From assembly GCA_046563655.1 (NCBI GenBank), contig CM102289.1, forward strand, positions 744,001 to 808,000: DNA of 64,000 bases. The letters are read 5' to 3'. This stretch comes from Yuukianura sp. NJ FZ-2021. Taxonomy: Eukaryota. Of this stretch, positions 1 to 15,000 are shown in pieces. The stretch's first letter is position 1; each line of letters opens with the position of its first letter. The position numbers were made by a program, and so were the translations under genes. A model generated the notes under the pieces. It searched no databases and had not been told where the DNA came from. It worked only from the letters and a program-made list of their open reading frames with translations.

Positions 1-3000
1 GTGTCTACGGTGGTTCTTCTGAGGGATCCTCTTCTGTCAATCCCTATGAGAGCATCGATGAAGAACGAGACAGACGCTCCAGACATGGTAAGCACAAGGA
101 TTTTGAGTTACGCACTTTTAGCGCGTATTTTTTTTTTTGAATTGTCCCCCTCTTTTGATAAGAACCGACCCTGACAGGATTTTGTGAATGAATCCACCCG
201 AAAAGTTCAATTAATTGAAAACGGAGGGTCATGGCCCTGGGAAAGAAGCTTTTTTAGACTCAAGTGTGCCCGGGAGTATTTGAATTCAAACGAAGCTGTG
301 AGAAGTCTTGTGTTTTACAACACAAAAAGGCTCCCTGCACAAGTACAAAAAGGCTCCCTGCCCGTTTTTGTTTATTTATATTCATTGAATAGGAAAAAAC
401 AAACTGGGATCAGATAAGTTGTCACATTGGAGAAGAGGAAATCCTGGTCTTCCGTAAACGACATTGACATTGAGTACATGATGGGTTAGGGACACGAGGG
501 CTCCCTGGGCCCTTAAGCCTCTGTCCCATAGGGATTACCCATGTCACGAACTTCTGTATCGATATTATTACAAGAAACTTTTACTTTTAGTCTCTTTCTC
601 TATCCGAGTTTTGTGTATTGAAGGGATTTTCAGGTCAGTTTGAAGAGAAATCTATCCAGTTCCAATCCAAAACCTAGAGTACCGTAAATCTCCAAATATT
701 GCCCTCGTTTTATGCTAGTCTTTAGTCGGAGGCTTTGAATTTCACTCGGCACTGGTTGGATTCCAAGAACATCTTGAGAATTAGCAATTTATTGGCGTTT
801 TTTTTGTAGTTTATATAGATTAATGATTAATAGAGAGGTGATTAATAGAGCCGGATAGCCTAATTGGTAGAGAGCTTATTCCTGGAATACAGAGATGTGG
901 GTTCGAGTCCCACACGTTCTCTATTTTTTTCTGCACTGTCCAACCAGAAATAACCTGTTTCCAAGAAATGTGCCAAAACTTCGGAGTTTCTATACGTGGT
1001 AGGGCCATTATTAAGAAATTTTACGGTATCGGAATCCCGTTTCTGGAGGGACCCTGTGTCCCTTTGGTAAACACTTCATGTTATTCATGAGTCTTGTGTT
1101 ATTCATCTTGGAGACAAAATGATTTGAATGAATGATGATAGAAGGGTGGATGGTCTGTTGCATCCAATGTACACTGCATCTGCTCAGGAGCTTACCGCCT
1201 TCGAACTTTTCTTCTCTCAACAAAAGACTCTGTTCTCAAGGGATTAGGATTCCAGTTCAGAGCTACTTTTCCTCTCTAAACTTCATTTGAACTTTTCATA
1301 ACTGGAGGAACAAGGAGGATGGAGGAGGTGGAGGAAGGTGGAGGCAGGTGTGGAGCGTCAGAATTAAATCCAGGCTCTCCTCATCGAATTCGGCCCCAAA
1401 CTTCCGTCTCGGGTCTTAAATTCGTTACTTAATTAAATCTCGAAGACCAAGTTATTTTAGGTAAGCGGATTACTAGTTACTCTATGCTGCGACTATATTA
1501 GCATTACCGTATTTCGTCGGTATTACCTCAGTCATTACCTCAGTGTAGGTACAGAAGCCTTACCTATTTACCATTGTGAAGAAGGAGATGAGATGATAGG
1601 GACACGTCCCTTGACATGGAGCTTAAGGGCACAGGGCCCTTCACCTTCCATTTGGAATTATTCAGACTGTAATCGATCCGCTAAGCTCCTCTGGATTCAC
1701 TGGACCAAAAATTTCCATTTCTCAAAAAATTTGAGAGCCAAAATCCAAATTCCTTGAAAAATTTGAATTCTTTGCAAAAAAAAAAAATTCATTTCCTCCT
1801 AACCAAATTTCTTTTTGTATTACAACCTCAGCAGTTTCGTAAGATGCAACTATATATGCAGATATGCCGTTAGTACATTAGTTTACGTATGGTATTACTA
1901 ACATATAGAGAAGTAAAGTAAATTTCAAAATTGAAAATTTTCAAATTTTGGGGAAAATTAAGTTTTTGTGAAATTTTGTACGTGGGTCGCGATAAAATGT
2001 TAACAGATGTGGAGTACTTAAGTGTTTTGGGATGAGGCCCTTGACTAAACAGTTTTAAAATAGTGCGGCAAAGCATCTGTTAAGCGGTTCACTTTTTTTT
2101 TTAAATTGTTTTTATAAAAAATTTTCTTTTTTGTTTTTATACCTTATTTGTAACAATGTGATGCATAGTGTGTAATCCTCTCAAAATCACTTTAACTGAT
2201 TTATATCATGAAAGTGGACCCATGAACACAAAAAAGTGTAAATTTCTGTTGAGTTTTGGAGTTAATTGGACTCGTTACGCTAAGGATTTATACTTGGCGC
2301 CTTTTTTCACACCTTATACAGCAAGTACTTTTGAATTTAACACCATTTACTAAAGTACACAATGCAACAACTTCACTGCATAAACATTTTCAAAAGCATT
2401 TTGTAAAAGGAATGAAAAGTGAAAAAAAAACGTGTGGACCCCTGACGACCGTCTTTTTCAAAATTTCATCTCAGCCTTCCCCAAAGTGAATTTTTAATGA
2501 AAGTGCTAAAAATTTGTTTAAAATGTTCTACTTTCACACCTTTTCGCTTCGAGCGTCGTTTTCTCCACTTCCGTCCATAATCATATCATTAGGTTCTAAT
2601 TGCCGTATCTCCAGAGAGAAAGTGAGAAAGCGCTGGCTTTGTTCAAATATGTTTTCCCGCGCTCTCAAAAGTCATAAACGCGCCTTAGGAAGGAGGAATG
2701 TGTAGCACCACTTTTAAAATTCGGCGCGTAATTAACTCCCGCCATCCGTTTACATACAAATGAGTTCATTTTGTGCCAGAAACCCTCCAGGACCACTCCA
2801 GAAACTGAAAGTAAAAGCATGTACTTTCCCTTCCAGCGCTTCCGTCAGGTGCTTTGTGCTTCTGCAAAAGCTCACTCAACCAAAAAGTGAAAGTTTCGAC
2901 TTTCACCGCGACTCAAATATTGATGAAACACAGTTCTGCACATGCGTAGATAAAAAGAAATACTATAATACGCGCCTTAATTGCAATACGCGCTTTTAGC

Positions 3001-6000
3001 GCGTACTGCTGGGATCCTAATGATCTGCAGGGCATTGTGTAACAAAAGATTCTGAGATGATGAATGGAGGTTTTGGAGAAAAGTCAACTACGCCCTGACA
3101 GGGTGGACACAGTGACATGGTGACATGTCAAGGTCATCAAGTGTCATGCTCATCCGTTGTTTCTGACTTTTAGACAACCCCAGGAGGGCACACTAAAGAT
3201 GAGAATCGCAGATTGTGCTGCCTGGAACAATGGAGGAAGATCATTAGGTTTCCTTTTAGTTACAAATTATGGGTTAGGTTAGGAGTGGCAGTCCCTTTGA
3301 CATGGCTTTCCTTTCATTTCCTAAAGCTAACCAACATAGCATTTCCTCCTGCCATGTCTCTGTTTTTGAAAAGTTGGAACTTTTTTGAAAAAGAACTTTT
3401 TTTTTGAAAAGAGTTAATTGGTGGACTGACCGCGGGAGAAACTTTCGTGGTGGAGCGTAGCTCGTGCTTGCTTTGAGTCCAACTGAGGCGTGCAAAAGTG
3501 AAAGTCCGGTTGAAGTCATTCTCAAAAACTTTTCCCGCCAAAACTGTCTAGTCTGTCCAATGCTCTCCTAATTAGGAAGCTCTTTCAGAGCTATTTTGAA
3601 AAAAAGAGACAGCAGAGGCCTAATAACAGAGTTGGGCACATCCCAAAGTCTGTTGTCGAATGCCCAACTCTGTTTTTGGTTTGAACTTTTGTGGAATTGA
3701 CATGGGAAATGGTGATGACACAAAGAGAAATGAGAGAGAGGAAAACCTTTTTTAAAAAAAGAAGCTTTTTTGAAAAAAAAAATCAGTCAATTAAGAATTC
3801 AGTTCACACAATTCAACGGTTGGGCGGATTTTGGCCCAACTCTGCTTCGTCAACAAAAATAACTTTTTGCAGAGAAAGCAAAAACCATGATGTTTCGTTT
3901 TTCAAAAAAAAATCTACAAAACACATTTTCAACTTTCATTTTTCTGCTAAAAGTAAGAGTGATTCAAAAAATTTTACACACAGCTTTCGTTTTTTCCTCA
4001 GTTTGAGCATTTTTCAACCGGTGCAAAAATTTTACCGCATTGAGATAAAAAAAAAACATTTTTTTTTTGTAGATTTTTGAATTTTTGCGCACTTTTATAG
4101 TTTGTGCTTCCCTTTGGTACTCGTCATAAAAGTTCTAGAAAAGTTGAAACTCAAAGAAATATAAAAAGTTGCGTCTGCGTAGTAGAAGTTTCTGAGCATC
4201 GCAAATTCATTTCCTGTTTTGTGAGTTTAGTTTTAGTATAACAGGAAAGAGTTTCAAAGAAAGAGAGAAGAAGAGGATTGAATTTAAGTTTGAATTTCTT
4301 CCGGTAGGGTTTTTGTCTGTTTCATTGCAATTTTATGGACTTTGTGCTGGACTTGTAAAAAGTCCATTCAAAATGCCCACAGGAAGAAGATGACAACGTT
4401 ATCGTAGTCAACTTAGCAGCAGTCCACAATTTCCGCTTTCTTCAATTCAGTCAGATTCGTCTTAAGACTTTTCATATCCTTAAAAGCTTTCATCTCTCAA
4501 CTTTTCCAAGAATTTTTGTCCTTCCTACTTTGTGCACAAAAAACTCGTACTCGGCAACCACCATGTAGGCACATGACTTTTGGTGAAATCACAGAGAGCC
4601 AAATTTTGTTAAAAACCAACAGAAACTTGCACAACTAACAGAAATTCCTGATGCTAACTACTCAAGTACACAGAAACTCTCCATACAACCAACAGGAAAT
4701 CCAAATGCATCCAACAGAAACAGTGTATGCGACCAACAGGAATCACTTCTGTAGCCAACAGAAACTCTTCTAGTAAACCTTCAAAGTTCTTTGTGCAACC
4801 GACAGAAACTCTTGTTGAAAATAATAGAAAGTAGCTATCGAAACAGAAAATCATGGGAAACCAACAAAAATTCTTGATACAACCAACAGAAACTCGGGTG
4901 AAAATCATAGAAACTCTTCATGCCACCAGAAAATCTCAGTGTAACCATTGTTAGCAGAATTTCTAAAAATCGACAGAAACTCGCCTTAAAACAACAGAAA
5001 TTCTCTGCTTAACCCACAGAGAATTTTCGTACCACTTTACACGCCCGTGTCGCCCGTAAACCTTTTCCGGTTTGTCAATTTGAGCCGATTTAAGAGAGAA
5101 ATGGGGAGCTTGTAGGTTGCGGAGAAGCGCGAAATCCGCGGGTTTCTGGATTTCAAATTCTGTGGCTGGAAAGAAAGTTTGAATTTGAACTGGCGCGGTT
5201 TTGAATCCTCGCCAGCAGAAACTCTTGAAGCTGGTTTTAAATCCCTATCAACCTACTCATGCAGCACTAAATCCACTTTGAATGTCTCCTCTAACCTGAT
5301 TATGAGAACCACGTCATGTGGAACAACCTCTTCACTACCAAAAAAAAGAATGATGGAGGGACTTTTCAAAAAAATGTAACAATAACACTGCTTTTCAAAT
5401 TCAAAAAAACTTTCCCGCTATTTTTTCCAGTGTCAATGGATTTTCAAGTGACAAAATGAGTCTAATCAGGGGGACCACGAGCCCCTCCCTATTCAACATT
5501 AAAAGTGCGGGAAACGATTTTCTAAAAAAAAGATTTTCAAAAATTTCAATTTGAAAATGAATTGCATTCTACATGTCATTCTCTGGAAGGGGGAAATTCA
5601 AAAATACAAAGGACATGAAGATGCATCTGTACAAGCATGGTCTGTCCACATATTACGTAATCACCAAATTTCATCGTTGGATTGGATGGGGGCCTAAAAA
5701 AGCTTGAGGGGGGGGGTATTTCTGATGACGTAATATATGAAAGAACCACCCCCCCCCCCCTTTCAGGGATTTTCATCGCCCTTGTTCCCTTCTTTTCCTC
5801 TTTTGAAAAAAGTTGGCGGATTTTTCAATTTGGAGTTTCCCGCTCAACGGCCGTAATCCAATGTCTTTTAATTGATTTTTTCTCTTATCTTTTCAACCAC
5901 TTATTACTTTCTCTATTGTATTTTTCACAAAGACGCCCAGCTGTGAAGTGTCGACTGTTTCAGCTGATGCCCAACTCTGTCATCAAAGAGGGAAAAAGAT

Positions 6001-9000
6001 GATGCATTTGAGCAGGAAATTTGAAATGATCAATTCAACGAAAAAGCATAATCAGCAGGGATGTCAAGCATATGTGTTTAAAAACCCCAAAAATATTAAA
6101 CAAACCATATTTTTTCAAAAACTCGCCCAAATATTTTCTTATTTAACGTTAGCGGCATGGGCAAATAAATCAAAATTTAGTAACATAGAAACTCGCGAAT
6201 ATTTTTCTAACGTTACGACCATTGAGACTAAATATTTATTTTTTTATTATTTCATTCAATTATTATTTTATTTATTTAAATATGTTTGACACCTCTGATA
6301 ATCAGTTGTGGAGAGCCACAAATATTTCTTACTAACGTCACGGACATAGACACGATATTTTTTATTATTTAATTTAATTATTTAAATATTTATGACATCG
6401 CTGATAATCAGGTGTAACTCCCCATTTCCCATTCCCCGCATGGTGAAGGGGGAATAGAGTCTGTGTTTGAGGAAATTAGGAAAATGTACTACAATGGCGC
6501 TCAAATCAAATCAATCATCCTCCGACCGCACACACTTTTAACGCTTCTCCAGTCCACTGTTAGAATAATTTCATTACTGCGTGAGAATGACGTGTTTGAA
6601 TTCAATTCAACTCAGGGAGCGCCAGTTTTCAAACAATTCAAAAAAACAGAATGGATTAGGGCGAAGAGTGTTCGAAAAGTGTAGCTCATCATTCATCATT
6701 TTTCTGAGACTGGGCTCCAGATTATGTCATGGCTTCCGGATTCAAAATGCGTCTTTTTTAAAAAAAGTTTGCATCGTTCCCCCTTAGTGTGCTCATCTTG
6801 TAACGGTGGAAATTTTGAAAAGTTTTTGTGAAACTCAGAGTCATCACTCCACTTAGTCAAAATATTCGAGAGCTCGAGATTTCACCGGGAAAAGCAAATA
6901 TTGGAGTCCTAATGACGTGATTTATGATTCTCATATGCAGACATGCCAAAAACAACAGCCAAAAAAAGATGCAATTTTCATAAGAGAATTTTTCAAAAAC
7001 GTGCTCAAGCAAGGCTGAAAGCATTTTTGAGTAGTTTTGAAACACGACAAAAAATTCACAGTACGCATGCCTCTCATATTTCCAAAATTCTTGCGAAAAC
7101 ATCAAAAAAGTTTGAGCAGTTTCAGATCAACGCCACTCGAAATAATCTCGCACTTAAACAAATTCTAGTCATAATTTTTTCTAACTAATCAAAAAAATCT
7201 TAGAACAGTAGCATCAAAAATCTAAGAACAGTAGCACACACAATAGTAGAACGGTAGCATAAACAATCTTTTAGCAGTAGTATAAGAATCTCAGAACAGT
7301 AGCAAAGACAATCTTGGAACAGTAGCGTCAAGTTCTTAGAACAGTAGAATAAAAAATCTTAGAACAGTAGCAATTGGTGAAAATAGTTAGTGGCAGAAAC
7401 ACCTTTAGAACAGTAATTCACTTGTATGCTAGAACAGTAGCATAATTTTTTTTTGGACAATAGGGATCTTTGTAACAATAAGGTTTGTAAGTATAGGCGT
7501 GTCTTTTGGATTACGAAATTAATGTTAGTAACCTTTGCGTGTGTCATGTGACTCGAGACAGTTTGTGGGAAAAAGGAAATAATGTGTTCCTAATTTGACG
7601 TTTTATTTATTCCCGAAAAGTCAGTTCAAATCGAAATTTCCCTCCCACTTTTTTTTATCCAGCCAAAAATAATTCTGTCCAAAATTTCCAAAAAAATTGG
7701 ACGTGGTGACAGGCCATATCCAGTTCACTCCACACACACCTTTCCGGTATTTTTATTTTTATAGCACACACTTTTCCAAAAAATGTTTGAAAAACCTTAA
7801 TATGCTTTCACTTCCAAAACTTCTCTTTTTTTTTACTTGAGCTCCGCTCGTGAAAGTTTTGAAGCTTTTGGAATGCTTTTTCCAAAACTTTCTCTTTTCT
7901 TGGATGCGGGTAGTGCGGTTTAGTTTCATTTTGAATTTGGGCGCTTTCTGTGCTAGTATAAGCCGAAGGTTTCAAAAGAGAAGCATTTCCTCTTCCGCTT
8001 ATGTTCTCTTTTCAACGAAACGAAGGAAAAAGCTTTAGAAGTTCGGAGAGGAGGTGGGTGGGTCCGTGGGTTCGAATCTCGCGTGCCCCTCTCTTTTTTC
8101 TTTCACTTATCAACACTACCAGTTCACTCGCAGACTTCAGTCAGAGCAGACGTAACGCTTTCAACGGCTCCACAGATTCCATTTTGTGCTTCAGAAGGAG
8201 AGCGAAATTTCAAATTTTTTGAGTTTTTCTAAAATTTATGTGCAGAATTCGAAATAGGCTCTCTACAACTTCAAGAGTTTGAATTTTACATTTAAATTTG
8301 TTTCTTTCATAGCCACTTTCGGAGACTGACAAGATTTTGAAGTTTTCAAGTGCGGTTTTTTGAAAAAGTGAAAGTTTTTTGAAAAAAAAGTTTGACCTCA
8401 CGCAGGTCCTTGAAAAAGTGACTCTCAGACATTTCCAATTCGGTTTTCACAAAAGGAGTGAAAAGTTTTCTTCAGATACGATTTTGGTATGGGAGTTTTT
8501 TAAGAGATTTTTTGAAAAACGTTTTTGTTGGGTCAAAAAGTTAAGAGTTTTGCAAGTGACAGAACCGTTAGACACGCTGCTAAAAGTTTACCTTTGTGCA
8601 CTGTAGTTTCTACTTTGAGTTCAAATGTAACATTGAAAAAAATAACGCGGGAGAAAAGTTTTCGCAACTTTTTTGAAATTGACGGTAGTGCAATTGACGT
8701 TAATGGCAAGTAGCACCTAAAACTTTTAGTCACAAGAAACCCCGTTGCGACAGTGACGTTTACGTTTCCGTTTGCGTACTTTCAGGTTTACGTTTTTATG
8801 TGCGTGATACACACGCTTACGTGTTGATAAACCACAAATTTAAACAAGTTAGGAACCAAATTGTTCCTTATTTTTAAAAAATTCAAACCAAAATATAAAC
8901 AGATTCAATCAATTTCTCAATTTCTTCAACTCAAATGACACAATTACAAAACTCACAAAATCAGGAATGTAAAAAATATTTAAACCTAATTTCTTCTCTC

Positions 9001-12000
9001 TCCTCTCGATACCTGCTTCAGTGATTCTTCAGGAGGTACATTTTGTACCATGTTGTGCAAAGAATTTCAAAATTGAAATTTCTCCAAAATTTCACTTTTG
9101 AAAAAATTTGATGCAAACTTTGCACAAAGTGCCTGTCGACCAGGTACCTCTTTTAGCAGAGATCTCTGTCTGCAGCATCCTCTTTTAAGTCTGATCTCTT
9201 TATGTAAAACAGTTGGAGGCATCTGCCAGCTCCTCTTTCCTTTTAAATGCACTCACAACGCTAACAGAAACAGTCTCCACTGACATGTGTCACCTCTGGA
9301 CAGTGTCACTGTACCCCCACTACACTTTTACATCAAGACGACATTCAATCCTTCTTTGCCCAACTATGAAACAATAAGAACAGGCTGTACACAATGTACA
9401 GGATGGTCCAAATGTCAACAAAAAATCAGGACACGCGCAGTAAAGACATTTGAACTCAAAGCAAAGCTCAAATATATCAGAATTTAAATCACGGTCACAA
9501 TTTTTACAAAAAAAAAAGTAAAACAAAGTTTTCCCAAAAAAAATATTTCTACCATTTGTGTTTTGCAGACTCTCGTCACTGGCAAATGTTCATTTTTCTT
9601 CAAATTTCAAAAATTCGAAAACAAGTTTTCCTTCAGAAAAACTGTTTTTACTATTTGTGTTTTCTGCTCTTTAACTGGTAAAAAATTGTTTTCAATTGCA
9701 GAACTTTTTAAACCAATTTTGTTCAAAACGTAAAGTATTCGTAGATTTAAGTAGAAAATCGCAAATTTTATGACACAGAATGAAAAAATTTAAGTCGTTT
9801 TTTTTTCTTTTCCTTGCAAGAAAAGTCATAAATTGCGGAGTGAATAATCTTGGAGAGACAAGGAAGGCAGAGGATGTGCTCATGAAATTGAACTTTTCCA
9901 TGTCCATGCTTAAATGTGAATGAAGTGACTCAAACTGTACTTCATTTCATCTCAAACTCTACTTTTCAATTTTGAATGTATTTTGAAGTGTAGTTTTCCT
10001 TGTTCCAAGTGAGTTTTGGGTGAAGATAGGGAGACTTTAACAAGGTCTGTTGTTCCTCTTTGGAATTAATCAAAGATTGAGAGTTGAAACCACAAGAGGA
10101 AGGAAGAGATGATGTAGTTGGTGGAAACATTTATCAAATGGACAACTGCCATTTGTGACATTTGAACAACGAGGTTCATCCTCAGTACATGTCCATGACT
10201 TAATTTGGCACTGTCCACAACTTAACTTGAGCACAAACAACCTCACTCTGCTATTGGATTGTGCGCAGAAGTGATGTGAGTTGCGTGCGCATGAGAGGAA
10301 ATTCTGTTCCTGTAATTATTTCTTGAAAATTAAAAACTGTGAAAACCCCCTTCGGAACTCTGGATATCATCAGAGGTAAGAACAGCAATTAAACGCCATT
10401 TTTCTTAAAAACGTATGAAAAGTACCTAAAGCGTACCAAATTTACTAAAAAAGGTACCAAATATAAATGTACTAAAAATATAATAGGTACTTACACTGCA
10501 AAAACTGTAGAAAATGTAGCAAAACTGCACTTTGTACTCAAGATTTTGTTTTTACTAACATCGTATCAATACAACTTTGACAACGTTTACCAACTGTGCT
10601 AAAGTGGTCGTAGGAGAGTGGTCGGTGGCAGGAAAGTGGTAGGTGGTAGGAAAGTGGTAGGTGGTAGGAAAGTGGTATGTGTTAGGAAAGTGGTCGGTAG
10701 TCGTGAAGTGTATCAAGTGTACAAAGTGTACCAAAACTGTACTAAATATAACGAAAAATACTACGTATTTGGTTTAGTCCAAAAAATTTTCTTTTCTTAT
10801 ATAATCAAAAATGCTAAAAGTTGTAATAGCGTGCAAGTAGTTGTTGATTGAGGGATTTTGGATAATGATAAGTTTGGAACAAATGCAAATGATTTTCTGG
10901 GAACAGTTTGTACTTTTTTTGAAGAACGCCCAACTTTTCAAAAAAACTGATCACTTTTGATTTTTTGTGTAGTGAAGTTGATTGTAATCGAAATGGAAAG
11001 GAATGAAGTAGAAGAAGGGAGTAACAGCTTGTGATGTTCTGAAACCTCCTTGGGGGAATATTATTCATATCATTTCACATCTAATCATCCTCTTTCCATT
11101 TCAGTAGGCAGGCCAAAACTACTTTTTACTTTTCCATTATAACCAGATCGACTTTGGATTGTTTCAATTTTGCCATTTGGAAAAAAAAGTTTGGAAAACG
11201 GAGTCAAACATAAGTTGGGAGTTGAATTTGAAATTATTACAAACTCACTGTTCAAATTTTCATGACAGTTTATCTCTACCGAAAATCTTTAACTTCTCAA
11301 CCTCACTTTTTTCGCGCTCTCGGCCAAGACTGTCTTCCGGACTCTTCTTGACGGATATTAATGCACCGGTGTGGACTTAAAACCCGTAAAAATCTAACTC
11401 GTAATGACAAAATCCAATTTTTCGTCCATTTCCGTCCATTTTCATCCGTCCATAAATTTACCGGACGCCACCTTTCCGTCCTGGAGCTTCCAGAACTAAA
11501 CAACAAAAATAAAAACACGTTTAAAGTTAAGTTTTGCATTAACTGTCATCCGTCCATTAGTCTCCGTCCATGACTGTACCTGTCCATCACCTTCCGTCCG
11601 TGACTTATCTGTCCATTACTTTCCGTCCAGAAGCTTCCCCGGATCAATGGACAGAAAAAATATTGAAGATGTTTTTCTACTTGGTTTCCGCTGATACACA
11701 TCTGTCGATTAAATTCCGTCCACAATTTCAGCCGTCCATTATTATCCGTCCAGAGTCGTCCGAGAAAGTCCAAGGCAGGGCAACCACTGCATCTTTCCAT
11801 CTTTAAAAAGAGATGAGAAGCTCATCATTTTCTTTTCTACCTTCCTGCCTACGTTTTTCTTGTTTTCGTGCTACCCGCCTCTCTGTGAGATTCGATCTTC
11901 AACTTTTGGCCACGTCTGTATTGTGCCAGGAGGCGTGAGAGAACAAATTGGAGTCTAATTTTAGCTAACATCACAACTATTACTAAAAGTTAGGCTAACC

Positions 12001-15000
12001 TAACACTCGGTTAGGTTAGGTGATCAAGAGATGGAAGTGCTACACTTTTACTTCGTTATGTTTCATATCTTCCGCCTCCAGTCATTTCCTCATCTTCTGA
12101 AGATCTTCAGATGCCGAATGACATGTGTTCTGGACTTGTAGCGCTGAATTTCAAGTAGATCCAACACAACCACTCTACTTCTCAAAAACCATAACGAACA
12201 CAGAGAGTACACTGGCAAATGGGATTTCAGCTCTACCGAAAATGAAAAAGTCGCGAGTTCGAATCCCGCCGCCCCCTCTTTTTTCTCTTTTTCTCCAGCT
12301 TCCAAATCCCACTGGATCTCATTCAACAAAATCAAATCTGCTTTCTTCCTTCCTGGTTTTTTCCCCTTGATTAATATTAAAGTCCAGTGGAACTTGCGTT
12401 TTGCCCGCTCCTCCTGCATTCCTTGAGCGAAAGTGAGCGGAGGGTTGTGATCAGATGAGCGGAGGGTTCTGATCACGGTGCCTTAGGTGAGCGGAAGGGA
12501 GCGTTGGAGAATAATTGTGTAATTTCCTCTCCTTTGTTTCGTGACAGAGCTGGCGGAGTGTAGTGGGCCCTTGGGACCCTTGGCCGTACCCTCCAGGCAG
12601 AAGGCTGCCTAATCTGAATCAAAACGAGCCACTTTCCCGCTCTTTTTTTGTTTTTGAAAACTACCGCTCACGTTTTTGGTAACTGACGAATGCCTATGTC
12701 CACTAAATAAGACTCACAATATAAAAAAACTCAATTTGGAGAAAGTGAAAGTCGAGGGAGCTCAATTATTCATACTTTCTTCCTCTCTTTTTTGAATTAG
12801 GCGGGAAAAAGAGGGAGGTGAGAACAAATGGGAAATTGCATACAATCGCACAAACCAAAAACCTTATTCTATTATTTACATCAAACTACAAAAAAAAGTG
12901 CGTGAAAGTGGTGGGGAGGGAATTGGGAGCGGGAGGGATGGAGGGGGTGCGGCACAGTGATTTTTTATATAAAAATTTAATGGTTTTTCTTATAGTAGAT
13001 CGTTTTTTACATAAAGTTTTAGCGTTTCTTATATAAAATTCGAATACGCGCTTTTGGCGCGGGAGGGAGGAAGGGGTGGAGCTAAAGTGGGTGGGAGGGG
13101 GTGCGGAACAGTGATTTTGATATAAAAATTAAATATTTTTACATAAAGTTTTAGCATTCTTTAAATGAAACTCTAATACGCGCTTTCGGAGCGGGAGGTA
13201 GGAGGTGAGGAACACTGATTTTTTCTATAAAATTTTAGTGTTTTTTTTTCTTTTAGATCGTTTTTTACATAAAGTTTTAGCGTTTTTTGATATAAAATTG
13301 TAATGCGCACTTATAGTACATCTCTGGTTCCAATTTTGTTATGGTCCATGGACACGAGAGGAACGGGAGAGATGAAGATGCTGCGGGTTGAGATCCCAAC
13401 CAAAAGGCAATTACACGGTTCGATGGTGGCGGCAGTGGTAACTTCCAAATCAATATGAGCTTCCCGCTTCTTCGCGCTATAAGAGCGCATAGAGCGGGAT
13501 TCGAACCCAGAACTGCGTGGTTGCAATTAGACTACACCTAACCCATCTCCAAACTTTATTTAAATTGAGGAAATGATACAAATGACGAGGGTTTTTCAGT
13601 AGCAAGAGAAAGTTGCATGTGGAATGATCATAAATGGATCCGGTTTGGCACAGCGGGTGGGATTCGAACCCGTGGCCCTGGTGAAAGTCTCCGTTACTAG
13701 TACCACCAAACTACCCACACACTGTTAGTAATTTCCCATAAAAGGGAAGGTGAGTGGCCATTGTGGAGGGACTTAAACCTTGAGTCCCGGGTTCGCCTCA
13801 ACCCTGGCTCATTTCCACTCCAATTTTTTTAATGGAACGACCTCTTAAGGGCTCCCCAAAAAATCGTTCCGGGTCATCAACATTTTGAAACCAATAATTA
13901 CAAAGGTAAAATTTCTTTTTCTGTAAGGTTTTTTTGAAAAACGAAGAAAAAAGTGAAAGTGGGCCACGAACTTACGTAGAATGCCCAATGAATCCTTAGT
14001 TTTTGGAATCAAGAGCAAGTGAAAGGAACGAGAGAGGGCCAAGTTTGAACCAAGTTTGAGGAGAAAGGCTATGCTTTTGGTGTGTTGTGCTCCAAAAGTA
14101 TTGAAAAATCGATAGAAGCCTTCCACCAACTTTCTCTTTTGCTAGAAAACCCAGTTTCTAGTCGACTCCCATGTTCTCTAGACTTCCAAAATTTTTGGGA
14201 GAGAAAGGCTCAGGAGAGAAAGTAAAAAAAAATTCGGTCTTGACTGAGCTGAAAGAGGAAAAAGCGCGGGAGTTCCAGAAGTGAAAGTTCGGACGGAACC
14301 CAGGCCAGCCGAAAGCCGGATTTTGACTTTCATTCCCCTCACGTCCAATCTAAACTCGTTGATAGTTTCCCTCCTTTCTTTCACTTTCACTTTCTTCCTG
14401 CTCTTAAAAGAATTTCAAAAAAATTTAGAAAAAAAACTCCCACGGACATTTTAGCACCAGAGGGAAAGACGAATTCACGTCTGGTTCAACGTTCAACTTT
14501 TTTCTCTTTTCATTTGTGAAGAGATTTTTTTCGTTTCTTTTTGTCCAAAAAAGATTATTCCCACAACAACTTCCAATTTTTTCGTGTGGTTTTTACAACA
14601 AAGAAAAGTCGAAAGTGAAAGCAACGTCCGAAATTCTTAAAAAAAAACCTAACTACGAAATTTCGAAACTGAGTGGAACTTCACCAAAAATTTCGGTCGA
14701 CACGGAACTTTCTCCCAAGAATGTCGAATTGTACTTCTCCAAGACATAAAATCTTAATTAAAAATTGTTTTAGAGACAAGGTGAAGTGTTTGGTTTTCGC
14801 GGAAAAAGTTTATAGTCCATTCCGTTGAAGTGTGGGATTAGAGTTGTGCACAGTAAAAGATCTACGTAGAGTTGTGCACCGCCCAGAAGTCCACTTTGAG
14901 AGTACCACAATGCTTAAGTCTATCAGTACTTATAGACTTGTACACAGTTCATACGTCTACTTTTAGAGTTATGCACCGTTTGTACTTCCTCTTAGAGTTG

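Noticed and set aside
853..945. Functional tRNA gene (also 13470-13720 and 17790-17945)
   Set aside because: A and B boxes are present but I could not fold a convincing acceptor or anticodon stem; shared non-tRNA tails indicate SINEs.
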